Positions 1 through 21,517 are shown, numbered from the stretch's first letter. The stretch: 26,842 nucleotides of DNA from Trichinella spiralis (GCF_000181795.1 NW_003526941.1:372001-398842); one strand, 5' to 3'. Notes: generated from the sequence alone by a model not told the origin. Numbers and translations: made by a program.

Positions 1-1473
1 TAGAGGATAAGTTTCATGATTATTATTATTATTATTCATTTTTTTAATATTAATTACAACTTTATGAGATAAATCTGAAAGTTGATGAACGTGACTTCTT
101 GAAATAGTTGGTATCTTATCCTAGAGTCGTTGTGCTTGCCTTGAACACTTCTTGTTATAGTCAGTTTTATCAATTTTCTTGAATCTTGCAATCTACCTAT
201 ATATCTGTTTACTTATTTATCCGTTACTCGTCGAATTATTATTATTCACGTGTGATGTGCTTGAATTCGTTTTTGTTTACTAAAATTAAGCTGCTGAGCT
301 TGAACACAAACACCAGCACCATTGCATGAATGATGAATTTATTATTTTTCAAATTCAAATTTATTATTTTTTTTAAATGCTCAATGACAGAAAATTTTCA
401 TTCGACAATTTATTATTGGGTATTGTTTATTTATTTACGATAGCTTGCCTGCTTTTGCCACTTGACGCATCTTTGTCATAGTAGTAGCCTCTGCTGCTAC
501 AACGTTCGAATCCCACGTTTTCAAGCAATATTCTATTTTCATTCCAAAACTTATGCATACTGTGAATTTTGTTATTATTATTCAAGAATCAAGTTCAAAT
601 TTTTATCATTTATTTATTTCACTTTTCGGTTACTTATTGTTTAAATTTGCTTTTGGTTTTTTTCGTCTTTGGGTAAATATTAGTAATCATTGTTCAATGA
701 GTAAACTGAAATCTTAAATGGTGACATTTTTTTTAACCTGTACCGTATACTGCGTATGTATGTCTGTATATTAATAATAACTTTTTGTGGGTGTGGTTTT
801 CTTTTTCTTTTTTTCCTTTTGGAAGAACGATCTGAACGTTTGGAGAAATTGCATCAAGTCTGTTGCCGATTGATTCACCACAAATTAGCCTTATTTCCTC
901 CTGACGTGAAAGACAAAGACCATCGTGACGTATGTCCGTAGGCTTTTTGCGGACTTGTCGATCCATTCGTTGCCCACGTTTTTTTCCACTTTGCACTTGG
1001 GCTTTCATTTGAGCGATGCAATTTTGTTATTTTTCACGTTACTGAAAATTATATCAGGTAAATTAATGCAATTGATTATTTCAATTTATTTTTATTTGCC
1101 AATTTTATACACGCAACAGTAGTGACTTTTTTCTGTATTTTTTGCACACAAATCACAAAAATATGCAAATTTAGACGATTCGATCAAGCGACTGCAGAAT
1201 TGAATAAGATATAAAAGAAATAACTTTTTCTGAATACTTTTCCACAAGGGAACTTTGAATTACTATTTTCAATAAAAAAAATATCTACAACTATATGCAT
1301 AATAAATGTTTGTAGGTCTGAATTTTCTGAATGCAAAAACTAAAGTCGTTGAAAGGCAATGTTGCTGTTTAATGATAAATCCAAACTTTGATTCTGTTCT
1401 ATTGCATAAGCAAAGACTTTTTTTTAAAACTGTTTTAAGAACTTTACACTAATAACAACAAAATATTCTTTTT

Positions 1474-1476
<3 letters not shown>

Positions 1477-1517
<41 letters not shown>
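1477..1517. repeat. (TA)n microsatellite
   Basis: Perfect TA run. Confidence 0.98.
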
Positions 1518-1520
<3 letters not shown>

Positions 1521-3314
1521 TCAGTTTGTGCAGGTGAATTTAATTGAAATGAAATTTTCATTTTTCTTTCACTCTGTTCCATTGAATTGGACTTCTATTT
1601 ATGACTGTTCTTTAATTGCTTTTAATATTCATTTCAAATCTGTACTATTGTATTTGAAGTTTTATCTATTTCTTCAGCATTGGTATTTATTTATTATACA
1701 TAGGCAGCTTCTCGACAATAATAAGCATGTTGCTGTTGTTGATCAATTTTTAAAGGTAACATTTAATTGGAAAATATGTCTGATGATAAAAGTGATCAGA
1801 TTATTGATTTTGAAAATATAACTTATTACAACTTTCCTTTTTTGAAATATTTGTCTGATGTGTTTGTTATTAAAGCATTTTAAAATTAATAATAATTCCA
1901 ATTTTATAAAAAGGGTAGCGCATTTTTATTCCAAATTAGCATTCAAGTTATTTTTTTGCACTAACTTTGACATCTTGGAATGTATTATTAAAAATGAAAA
2001 AAGTATTACATGTTTCAGTTTGAATTTTATAATTTTATCTACATAATATCAGTGATATATTATTAACATATGTACGTTTGTATTTTGTGCTATTCAAATG
2101 AAGGAATAATTAAATTTTGTATTAAAGAATAATTAAGTTTTTCACTTGATAAATTGTGAATAGAGGTGACGTGTAGTTGATGTAAACATTTTATGAATTA
2201 ATACTGTAATAGAAGAAGCAGTTTAACGAATCTAGCGATATTTGAACTGCTTGTTTGTTTTTTTTTTGTCCTAGCTAAAAAATCTCAAAGTGTCATATTA
2301 TTATTATTTGCATCTTATTCTTTTCATAATTTTGTTACTGTTCATCCGTCACTATTGGTGACTGTTGTTCAACGTTAATTTTCCTTTGCTCAATCAACGG
2401 CATCTAATTTGAAGTGTAAAAAAATCTTTATTTATTTATTTATTGCACATTAAACTTAATTGGATTTTACTGGAAAATAAATAATGTTTTTTTGAAAGTT
2501 TTATTCCTGTCAATGATTTGACAAAGAATTACACATTGAAAAGTGCTTTTGTATGCTTTCGATTGACATCTGACTCGACATTTCACCACAAATTGCCAGC
2601 ATTATTATTAATAAAGCACACTTTTTCACACGTTTCTCTCTTCTCTGAATCATCTGTATTTTTGATATTTAATTAATAATCAAAATTAACATTATCCAAT
2701 TTAGTGGAAATTCTCCATTTTATTTGTACGATATCAGGCAAAGCTAATAATGTTCTAGCTGTTATGTTCATGTTTTGGAATACAATAAATTGCTCTTTCA
2801 ATGAATTTTGAATATTTTATATCAATTATCATATCTGTTTTTGATGAATAATTCTTTCTCAAGATGGATTTTATTCCTCTTGATCTCTTTCTCTCTCAGA
2901 TATGCGTGCTGTTTGTTTGTTGTTAAGAAATTTTCTTCCATCTTGCTTTGATTAATGTTGGGTAAATTTTGCTTGTTCGCTTATTTACCATCTTGTGCAG
3001 TGTTGGCGTAAGCTAGCATTACGCGTTTGTTGGCTTTTGGTCTTGTTATTGTTATAACGAGACTGTATTGAAATACGTTTCTCTTATTATTATTCATTCG
3101 ACGTGAAAATTATTATTATTCTTATTTTTATTCAATGTTTAACAAACCTGGTATACTATAGACTAGCTGAACGTTTGGTTTTCTTCTCATTTGCTAGATT
3201 TTCTCTTCTTTATTTAATTTTCCTCTTTTTTTCCATTTTTTATACTTAATTAGATGGCAATTTATTTTTACGACAATCATATCTCACTATTTTATATCTA
3301 ATTGTAAATTGAAA

Positions 3315-3345
<31 letters not shown>

Positions 3346-3769
3346 TATTATTATTTTAAAACACGGTGTTGCTTTTATTATTGATTTTTTGTTGTTTAAT
3401 GGTTTCAGTTTTTTTCAATTTTTGTTGTCTGCGAAATTTGGTTTACGAAGCTTCTTTCTTTTTTCTTCAACGTAAATTTTTTTTTCTTAAAAGATGTACA
3501 ATTGAACGATTGGAAAGGAAAAGGATAATTGAAACTCAGCAAGAAAATTAGCAAACATTTACAATAAATATACAGTTCAGTTGCTTGGTGAACAAAGCCA
3601 TTCATTGTATACATATATATTATTCGTTTATTTGCTTCGTTCTAAAGAAATCTGTCTTTCTTTTTTCTTTTTGTATAATTTTATTTTCCACACTGATCGA
3701 TTTATTAATGCAGCTACAACTTTTCTTATTATTTATTATGTTTGCTTATTGGACCGAAATTTTATTTAA

Positions 3770-3771
<2 letters not shown>

Positions 3772-3810
<39 letters not shown>
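3772..3810. repeat. (TA)n microsatellite
   Basis: Perfect TA run. Confidence 0.98.
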
Positions 3811-3812
<2 letters not shown>

Positions 3813-5776
3813 TACCTTCTCTCAGTATTTAGAATTTCAAATAGGACACACAGACAGACAGACACATTTCCTCTATCAAATAGCTTTGCTTTTTTAGAAT
3901 TGTTTCAATTTTTTTCTAATTTAAAGTTTAATGTATTATTTGAATTTGATTGTTTGCATTTTTTTCTCCAAATTGGAATGAGGTAGTATAATTTTTGCTT
4001 TTTCTTTATTATTCATCTACATGCTGTACAACAACGCGCTACCATACGGTTGAGCATGCTAATTTTAAAAATTCGACTAACATTTGATTAATCGATGAAC
4101 GGATCCACAGTTGTGGCTAACGTTATGATTATAATCTGAATAATAATAATACAACTAATAGTAATCATTATTAACAGTGTTGTTGTTGTTGTTAAGATAT
4201 TTGTTATTCAGGTTCAGCGTTCGTGTTGCACTGAATCAATCACCAGTTGTAAAACTTCTTCGAAATTGTTCTATTCGCTTGCTTTCAGTTTCAGTTTCAG
4301 TTTCGAATTTGCTATTCTTATCTGGTATGAATATGATGATTTTTATCAATTTTGCATATTAAATGTTGAAATTTTTTAAAAAATTATCGAATCTCTTCAG
4401 TTTTCTACTTCACTTTTTTTCCTATTCATTTAGTGTACAACGAAGTTAATTGATATTGAAATTTGCGTCTTTATTTTTATCATTTTTCTTTCGCTTAATT
4501 TTATTTTTTCTTCATTTACGACAATTGCTGTTGCTGTTGTTGAATTTTGCTGAACATCGACGTATTTCTTTGTTTGTGTAATTTATGCATAATATAGTCA
4601 TTAGCAGTAAAATTTTCAAGAAAAAGTGGAATAGTTTTGCATTAGGACAAAAAATGAAAAGAAAAATGTGAAAAAATCACATTTTAAAGTTGCTTGTTAT
4701 GTAATCAACAGTTTTTATCATTTCATGAAATAATCGTGATAATTTGATATTATAAATCATGAAAATAGATAGATATATTTGTTAGAGATTAACACTGCTG
4801 ACAATATGAAAATTGTTGTCTTTATTTTATCATCACGATGGTTTATTTTTATAACAGATGAATAATGACAACAAATTTTTCAGCTATCAATTATCAGCAT
4901 TTGTGAAATGTAGATTTTGAAATATTATATAATTCATTTTTTCTTCTTCTTCTTCTTTTTTCCCACAATCTTAGCATGTCATATTTTTCAGATTTTTTGC
5001 ATTTTTCTGTCGTGTTCGAAGCGTATAGATAAAGAGAAACAAAGCATTATGATTATTATTATTATTATATTGTGGTGGTGGTGGTGGTGGTGGGTGGGAT
5101 CGGATTAGTTCAGTCGAACTAATAATAATATACTGGCTTAGCCGCGGTACAACTGCGTGAGATTATTTTGCAAAATCTTAATTTGGAACTTGTTGCTGCT
5201 CTGATTGTAAATAACGAAAATGATGAATTGAATTTATTTTTCACCTACTCCAATACGGCTGGCAGAGATGCACAGCTCAGCTCATGGTTTATTTATGACC
5301 ATCGTTTTCATTGTTGAAGCATGCACGTAAGCTTTTCATTGCGCAACAATCGCTGCTTTTTTTCCTTCTCTCTTCAGCTTATCATATTGTTTATTTGGTT
5401 TGTCATTTCAAGTCAGTTATTTCATATTGTATACTGAAGGAAAGAAGAAAAGATTTATTTCAAAATTACTACGCAGAAGCTATTCTTTGATAAGCCAAGA
5501 TAGATGGTGATTCTTCTTTTTTTGATTTTTAATTTTGTAAATTATACAAGCAAAGCAGTTTTTATTGTTGTTTTTATTATGGTTACGTGGATTTTGTCAT
5601 CTCTTTTCTATATTGTTATGCTTATTATTTTGCTTTATCAATGAACAAGAAGCTTATTTTACGGTTTTGATTGTTTGAAATAATTATCTGAATTTCAACT
5701 TCACACACACATTTCTCTATATATATATATGTAGATAACCAATCACCATTACAAGTAGTGGTCGGTGTTTTAGTAA

Positions 5777-5781
<5 letters not shown>

Positions 5782-5825
<44 letters not shown>
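5782..5825. repeat. (TA)n microsatellite
   Basis: Perfect TA run. Confidence 0.98.
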
Positions 5826-5826
<1 letters not shown>

Positions 5827-7068
5827 TTTTTCTTTGATCAGTGGTAAAGCTTCTCTTGCTTCTTCATTCAGGCAGCCAGGGAGGGGAGTGGGGAGCAGAA
5901 GTGAAATTGAAAAATTCGTCATTAGGTGAAGAGAGGTATCATCTTGAATCAAGTGAACGCCATTATTGGTGGAATTGATTTTGCTCACGTCCAGTTTGTG
6001 TGTGTGTGTGCGATGTTGCTCGACTTTTGCATGCATACAACAAGCTCATGCTCAGCTTCACGTTGTGGATTCCTTCCATTTGTGACCGATTTCGTTTTGC
6101 TTGTCATCAGAATCTGGTCTGTTCAATTACGAATTGTTGCGTTTTGATTTTCGATTTTTAATTAGCGAAAGCTTTTCAAGAAAGATTCTTGTCGGTCGTC
6201 TAATTTCACGTCCAACTGCTTGCTATTAAACTTTTGCACAATTTCATTATGCACAACTTGTTCAATGCCATGCCAAGCCAACAATCTCTGGCTAGGTGTT
6301 ATTTTGTTGTTTTTTTTTCGCTTTTGTACAATACAAGCTAATAATTTTCATTCCAAATTTTAAATTTGCTTGAAAGCATGCCCAGAAATGGTGCACTGAG
6401 TGGGAATGAATGAAGAGCTCGGCTCGGCTTATTGACTAAGCAAATGTTTGCTTTCGGATTAATGGTCAATCCGCTGCGGCCTGTGTAAAATGGACTTTGT
6501 GTGAAATTTGGTGCGAAACGTTTGCTATTAGCAAAATTCAGACGCTGCTCTTTCTGCACAACCAGCGCCACAAGCCGACTACCATCTTCTTGTCTGAAAA
6601 TAGTTTTTCAAATTTTCATTTCTCGTGAACTGCTGAACGCGAAATGTGGAAAAATGATGCAAAAAACAATTTTAATTTAATTTTCAATATATTTTTTTAA
6701 AATTATATCTATTTTTAGTCTTTTCTTCAACTCCACTGAAAATAATATCACATCATCAGCATCAGCATCATCATTGCTAGCTTTTCCAGACGAAAGCTAA
6801 ATCCACTTGGAAGAGGTTGGTGTTTGATTTGTAAATTTTTTGCAAAACGAGAAGAAAGAAATATGAATGGAATTGTGTTGCCGATAAGTTAGCTCAAATT
6901 GATCTGAAAGTTGTGCAGTACCGTATTCTTCTGTATTTTTGTTGTTTGTTATTCTGTCTTAGTGGACAACAGGCGTCGTCAGTTTTCACCTTGTCGACCT
7001 GCTCGCAATAAAGCTGTCGTTCGTGTTTGGTTTGTGCGTTGCAGGTTGTGAACGGTTATAAACGTGAT

Positions 7069-7136
7069 ATGCCACTGCTGTTTATTCGACATTGCATCAT
7101 CGTCGTTGCCATCGTCCAAATCATCCACCACAACTT

Positions 7137-7140
<4 letters not shown>
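7069..7140 (+). promoter_or_regulatory. Upstream ORF (MPLLFIRHCIIVVAIVQIIHHNL*) overlapping the PLC start codon
   Basis: ATG at 7069-7071 opens 23 sense codons. TGA at 7138-7140 overlaps the PLC ATG at 7137-7139 (ATGA). It lies inside the predicted exon 7045-7220. The ORF is seen directly; its function is inferred. Confidence 0.55.
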
Positions 7141-16461
<9,321 letters not shown>

Positions 16462-16703
16462 ATGATATACCATCAACACTTACTTCATTTTGCTAAACTC
16501 AGATTCCACAATTGGTTTTGGTACTTTTCTTTCTTTTTGATGATTTGTTTTGTTTGATTCTGCGGGACAGAATATAAACTTTAATATTGGTTCCAGACTT
16601 GCCTATACGATTCTTGCGGGAGGTCAGGGCACGAACCTACTCCGTTTCTGTTGTTCACATCGTGCTCTTGTTTTACAAATTTTCTTCTCATAATAGTAAT
16701 AAG

Positions 16704-16760
16704 TATTATTATTATTATTATTATTACTATTATTGCCATTACTACTACTACTACTACTAC

Positions 16761-16790
<30 letters not shown>
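16704..16790. repeat. Compound (TAT)n/(TAC)n trinucleotide microsatellite downstream of the PLC stop
   Basis: About 87 nt of TAT/TAC units; source of the spurious poly-Tyr ORF. Confidence 0.95.
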
Positions 16791-16791
<1 letters not shown>

Positions 16792-17208
16792 AATTTTATT
16801 TGAATTTTATCAAATGAATGCTATATTATTGCGCTTCAATTATTTGTTGCCCAGTATAAACTGATTAATTGCATATGAACGTTGAAGACTTTGTTGCTAT
16901 TTCACTACAGAAAAAACTTTCGCTTACATTTCAACTTAATACTGGGACGTCGAAGTTCAGAATGTAAACTACATATGAGGTACATGTATTATTTATTTAT
17001 TTCTTCTTTTACAGTTTGTTTTTCTCAATGATTTGTTTATTTGTAAAAAAAAACTGATGAATTTGTTTAGTCTTAATGTTAAAATCAGTTTCATTTTCTA
17101 TATGTGTGAAGAATATAATTATTGTAATAAGCATAAGTATTCATCGAAACCATTCACTGAAGAAGATGTTCGTTTGAATTCAGTTGTTGAATAGAAGGCA
17201 TTATTCAT

Positions 17209-17214
17209 TTTATT
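17209..17214 (-). terminator. Candidate polyadenylation signal (AATAAA) of the EEP gene
   Basis: TTTATT on + equals AATAAA on -, about 125 nt after the stop codon. Such hexamers are common in AT-rich DNA. Confidence 0.35.
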
Positions 17215-17337
17215 GAAGAAAACTGAACTGAAAATTGTAAAGAAGATAAGTACATTTATACATATGTGTTGAACGCACACACGCACACACAAACATGCAT
17301 ATATATAATTGCGCATACAAATAATTAGATGGTCGTT

Positions 17338-18396
17338 TTATTTGTGTTTAAATTGAACAAGGACACTTCTGTGATCTGATGGCCAGTCGTTTAAGTAATG
17401 GTGTGGTTCAGGAGTTATGCTGTGTGAACCAACGTACGTTTTAGCACTAAGAGGGTGAAGGGTGTTACTTTTATAAAGGATGAAATCAATTCTATCTTGC
17501 GGCTCTTTGATAGTATTACCCCAGCCATCTTGTGACTTTTTGGCTGACGACCAAGTGTTTCCTGGATTTTTCTTGGCATCCGGATAGATTACGCGGAAAG
17601 CATCGTGGAATCCAGCTTTGTGAAATAGTTGAGTCGCCGGCCAGGCATACACCCAATCACAGTGCTGGTTTCGGGTTGAATCGATCCAGTCGAGATGTGA
17701 AGGACAGTTGAAATCACCGGCTACAATCATTGTCACATTTTCACATTCAATCATTTGTTGTTGAAATTTATCCGAATTGATGATAAAATAAGCTTGCTGT
17801 GCCCGACCCAGACTGGCACGTCCTTGCCCATATTCTCCTGCATCCAACTGGCTTTTGTTGGTTACAAGTTTATTGCAAGCTGCGTACGGACCGTAGTCAT
17901 GCCAGTCTAAATGAAGGTTCCAAAAATTTATTATGAACTGTTTGTTCAGTTTTTGGACTTTGATTCTGGCCCAAATGTGTCCAGTCTTTTCTGGCATGCC
18001 ATCACCAATCCAATCTGAATAGGTTAAAAATTCGTGGCGTGTCAAGATGCCGACATCTGGATATGATGAATTTGCAGCTATGGCTGTCCAATCAGGACCT
18101 AAATGGCGAATCAGTGATTCAACAACTGAATTGCCCATAACCTCTTGTAGTGCTACGATATCGGGATTGGTGTACAGTATGTGTTTGGCAATTTTCATCA
18201 ATCCATTTTCAACATTCATTCCACTGTTCCAAATATTAAACGTGAGCACTGTTATATCTCCGTCCTCGGCAAAGTTGATTTTTGAGCACTTTGGCTTTAC
18301 AGCTTCGCCTGCGATAGACCCTATGCTGGTTGGACATTTACACGACAGCTGTTGAACAATCAGAATCGACAAGATCACAGTGCACAGGTTCTTCAT
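17338..18396 (-). CDS. Secreted exonuclease/endonuclease/phosphatase (EEP, DNase I-like fold) family protein, 352 aa, intronless CDS
   Basis: Uninterrupted ORF with all EEP motifs in order: LTFNI, PDIVALQEV (metal-binding Glu), NLHLD, AGDFN, DRIDFILY, WPSDH. The N-terminus MKNLCTVILSILIVQQLSC is signal-peptide-like. Confidence 0.92.
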   Translation of the reverse strand: MKNLCTVILSILIVQQLSCKCPTSIGSIAGEAVKPKCSKINFAEDGDITVLTFNIWNSGMNVENGLMKIAKHILYTNPDIVALQEVMGNSVVESLIRHLGPDWTAIAANSSYPDVGILTRHEFLTYSDWIGDGMPEKTGHIWARIKVQKLNKQFIINFWNLHLDWHDYGPYAACNKLVTNKSQLDAGEYGQGRASLGRAQQAYFIINSDKFQQQMIECENVTMIVAGDFNCPSHLDWIDSTRNQHCDWVYAWPATQLFHKAGFHDAFRVIYPDAKKNPGNTWSSAKKSQDGWGNTIKEPQDRIDFILYKSNTLHPLSAKTYVGSHSITPEPHHYLNDWPSDHRSVLVQFKHK

Positions 18397-18409
18397 TTTA
18401 ATTAATTAT

Positions 18410-18415
18410 CTGAAA
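18410..18415 (-). promoter_or_regulatory. TTTCAG splice acceptor 13 nt upstream of the EEP start codon (trans-splice site or 5'UTR intron end)
   Basis: The minus strand reads tcatatTTTCAG|ataattaattaaaATG, a nematode-type 3' splice consensus. Confidence 0.5.
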
Positions 18416-19103
18416 TATGATTTTGAAAATAATTTCACTGGTAAAAATTTATCATCTAACGACAGTTTTAACAACAGGAATTGATTTAACAAAACTTTTG
18501 TATATTATTAGCATTCTGTTCTCAAGTTGACTGTTAGTTACGGCTGTTGTTAATGAACAAACGTTGGGACTTATCCACTGTGAATGGAAGAAGTTTCCGG
18601 AATGAAAAGACTAAATAATATTAGTGAATTGCTTTAAAACAAGAATTTAAAGTACGCGTATTTGTAAGCATTTAAAACAATCAGCTGCAGGTACCTTCAA
18701 GGAAACAGTTTTTGTGTTGCTTTTAACGTAAAATCGGAGTAGAAATAAAAGTCAGAAATGATGGTGCTATCCGTGCAATAAAAGCAAATGGTCAAACTGA
18801 CTGAATGCACTCTTTCAGGGGAGGGGGTTTTCAGAGTATTAATTGAGTACGACTGCTCGGGCGGAGGTTATCTTTTGTTTTATTGGGTCGCCAAGCACAG
18901 CTGATCTTATATACATATTTACTGGAATATATATTTGCAGAACTGTGCAAGGTTATTTACCTTCCTAGTTTATTTACTATCCAAACAGAAAAATAATTAT
19001 TAGACAAACTTTTCTTTGCACTGAAGGACAATTATCAAACGTGTACTAACTTTTACGAGCGTTGGTGATTAAGAAAAACATCTAAACAAATTTAGTTACT
19101 GAG

Positions 19104-19106
<3 letters not shown>

Positions 19107-19153
<47 letters not shown>
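19107..19153. repeat. (TA)n microsatellite (shorter in the copy at 24033..24067)
   Basis: 47 nt here versus 35 nt in the duplicated segment. Confidence 0.95.
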
Positions 19154-19156
<3 letters not shown>

Positions 19157-19497
19157 CATACGCATGTACTTAATCATAGAAACTGATCCCAGAAGACATG
19201 CACCTGTAGATAATTTTTTATGAAGCTGTTCAAGGAGCTAATTAACCAGAATAATCACATTTAAAGAATAAAATTTGTTTACCGATGAACAAGACAGTGA
19301 AAGTGGCGGGCAGAAACGATTAAAAATTGTCTTCTGAGAGTGTTTGAAATGCTGAAGTTGGAGAAATGGAATGAAAGCCAGCAAAGTTTATACATGATAT
19401 CAATTACAGATGACAAAACGACGATGAAAGTTTTCCAACTGCTTTCATAAATTTTCGATGAACATATATCTTTTAAAGAATTCAACATCGACCAGTG

Positions 19498-19560
19498 TAA
19501 TATTATATTATATTATATTATATTATACTATACTATACTATATTATACTATATTATATCA
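19498..19560. repeat. Pentanucleotide (TATAT/TATAC)n repeat (variant copy at ~24412..24478)
   Basis: Tandem 5-mers; unit composition differs between the two copies. Confidence 0.85.
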
Positions 19561-21517
19561 TATTTCACTTAATGCCAAAACTTTTTTTTTGCAGTTAATC
19601 ACAGAGTTATGTAAGCAATCAACTTTCAGTAGTTTCAGTTCTTGCCAACATATAACTAGTAACAGATCACCACTAAAACTAATCAGACATCAGCATCTGT
19701 GATACACAAATCAGGGAAGTAAATAAAAAAAGAACAGAATGTTTCTAACGTGAAATGCATCAGTTGTTCTGTTCAGTCATTGTTGCTTATGGAAAATTTT
19801 CTTCCGTCAGCAAAAATGAGCTCCACATAAAAAAAACTTAAAAATAAAACAGTGGATTTCTTAATAGGTTTTTTAAAATCATTTATATATAAAATTTTAA
19901 AAATAATATCACTTCGAATGTACTGAAATGTGTTTTTTTAATTAACGCATATACAGCTTACTTTTTTTCCATCAAGGTACTTAATTGCGCACATTGCATT
20001 CTAAAATGCAGAATTTGCTAAAATGTCGATTAATTATCATTTTGAATAGAAATTTTCATGTAGAGTTGTCGAGATGAGCTGAGAAAGAAAAAACGTTGAG
20101 TTCTTGTGAAGTTGTGCTAAATCGAATAACGCCACGTGAGCTTTGTTTGTCTAATATGTTAATTAATTTTTTCTGAAGCGCTTCTGCTATCAGTAATAAT
20201 GTGCTTGTTTGCTTTGCTAAAGTGACTCACAGTAGCGGCAGATAACGTTCTCTCGGTTTATGGTCGCGTTAATTCATTACTGAAGTTTGCATCATTTTTT
20301 ATTCAAACTTTCTGCATTGATTTTGAAAACTTGCGTTCAAGTGAAAGTAATTTGCTTAACGTACTTGAAAATTTACTTTCCTCTTATTATTTGTAACTTT
20401 TAGTGTATGTTAAGGTGAACATTTGATTTCATGTTTTGCATTTTTATTGATATGAAGAAAAATGAAAACCCGGATTGCATGAAGCGAAACTAATAAACGA
20501 AGGAATGTGTGATTCCCTGTGAGTCTTTATTCTGGATGTCTGGGCAAAGGTCAATTGAAAAAGGTGAAGTTATCCCTTGCTTTAATTAAGTTCGGTACAA
20601 ACCGACATAGTTGAGATTTGATTTAAAGCAGTGCTGGAGCTTTCACACAGCAAACTCTTTTTGTTCTATGCAATTGTCTTCATGGGTCAAAATGCTTTGA
20701 GATTTTTATTTGTTTTCGTGAGACACTTAGTTTCACATTAAAGCGTGCATTTTTATATTGTTTTCAAAATAAATTTATTTTTTGTTCTCTAATTTTACAT
20801 TGCATTTTATTTTCAAATTTTTTCATTCATTTTCTTTTTGTTCGCTTATTTATTTTGATGTTAATTTGAAAACAAAGCTACTCATGATGCTTTGTGTACG
20901 AATGCAAAACACACGTAACAAACCGCCATATGCAATATATGGAGAGGATATGAAAAATGGAAGGAACACCACCAATGAGCAGGATGCATCTGGGTATTGG
21001 TTGTCAGTTCAGGTGCGTGAGCACTGGAATGCATTTCATTTTCAATTATTTTGCTTTCGTGAATTTTCTCATGATATTAATATTAATATTTCTTCCTTTT
21101 TTTTCTTCACCTTTTCAGATGCGTTTTACCATCACAGCAAAACGTCTTTCGCTTATCACAATTATCTAGAACAGTAGCATTCTACTTCAACAACAATATC
21201 AATCTGGGAGTAGGCGTTTAATCACTGGAAAAGATAAAATCAAATCTATCTGCATTATTTCTTAACTATTTAAATTTATTTATTTGTGTGCAATTGTCAT
21301 CAATTAAAGTAACATTTTTATTTATTATTCCTTCTTCTTGTTAACTAATATCAATTTGCTGGCTTGCTTCTGAAATCACAACCTGTTTGATAAAAATATT
21401 ATAAGTTTTAATTGCGAAATGAGTAATCGATGGTATATTGGAGATTTTTACTGATAAGGGATGACAATGTGATATATTTCCACAAGCAACACATCTAACA
21501 GTCAGAATGGGAAGTCT

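Noticed and set aside
3979..4000. TGAGGTAGTAT resembles the 5' end of let-7/miR-84 family miRNAs
   Set aside because: No complementary arm at pre-miRNA distance; the downstream sequence is T-rich and cannot pair.
5879..5893. G-rich tract as a G-quadruplex
   Set aside because: Only three runs of three or more G.
462..6571. Many short F/L/I/Y-rich ORFs in the upstream region
   Set aside because: Composition reflects AT-rich non-coding DNA and microsatellites; many start at non-ATG codons and show no motifs. Only 826-929 is kept as an exon candidate.
16587..16817. Poly-Tyr ORF
   Set aside because: Translation of a (TAT/TAC)n microsatellite.
18047..18355. 102-aa + strand ORF (and its copy at 23093..23281)
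   Set aside because: Antisense shadow of the EEP coding sequence.
19279..19488. 69-aa ORF present in both duplicate copies
   Set aside because: Retention is explained by the near-identity of the copies; TTG start and no recognisable motif.
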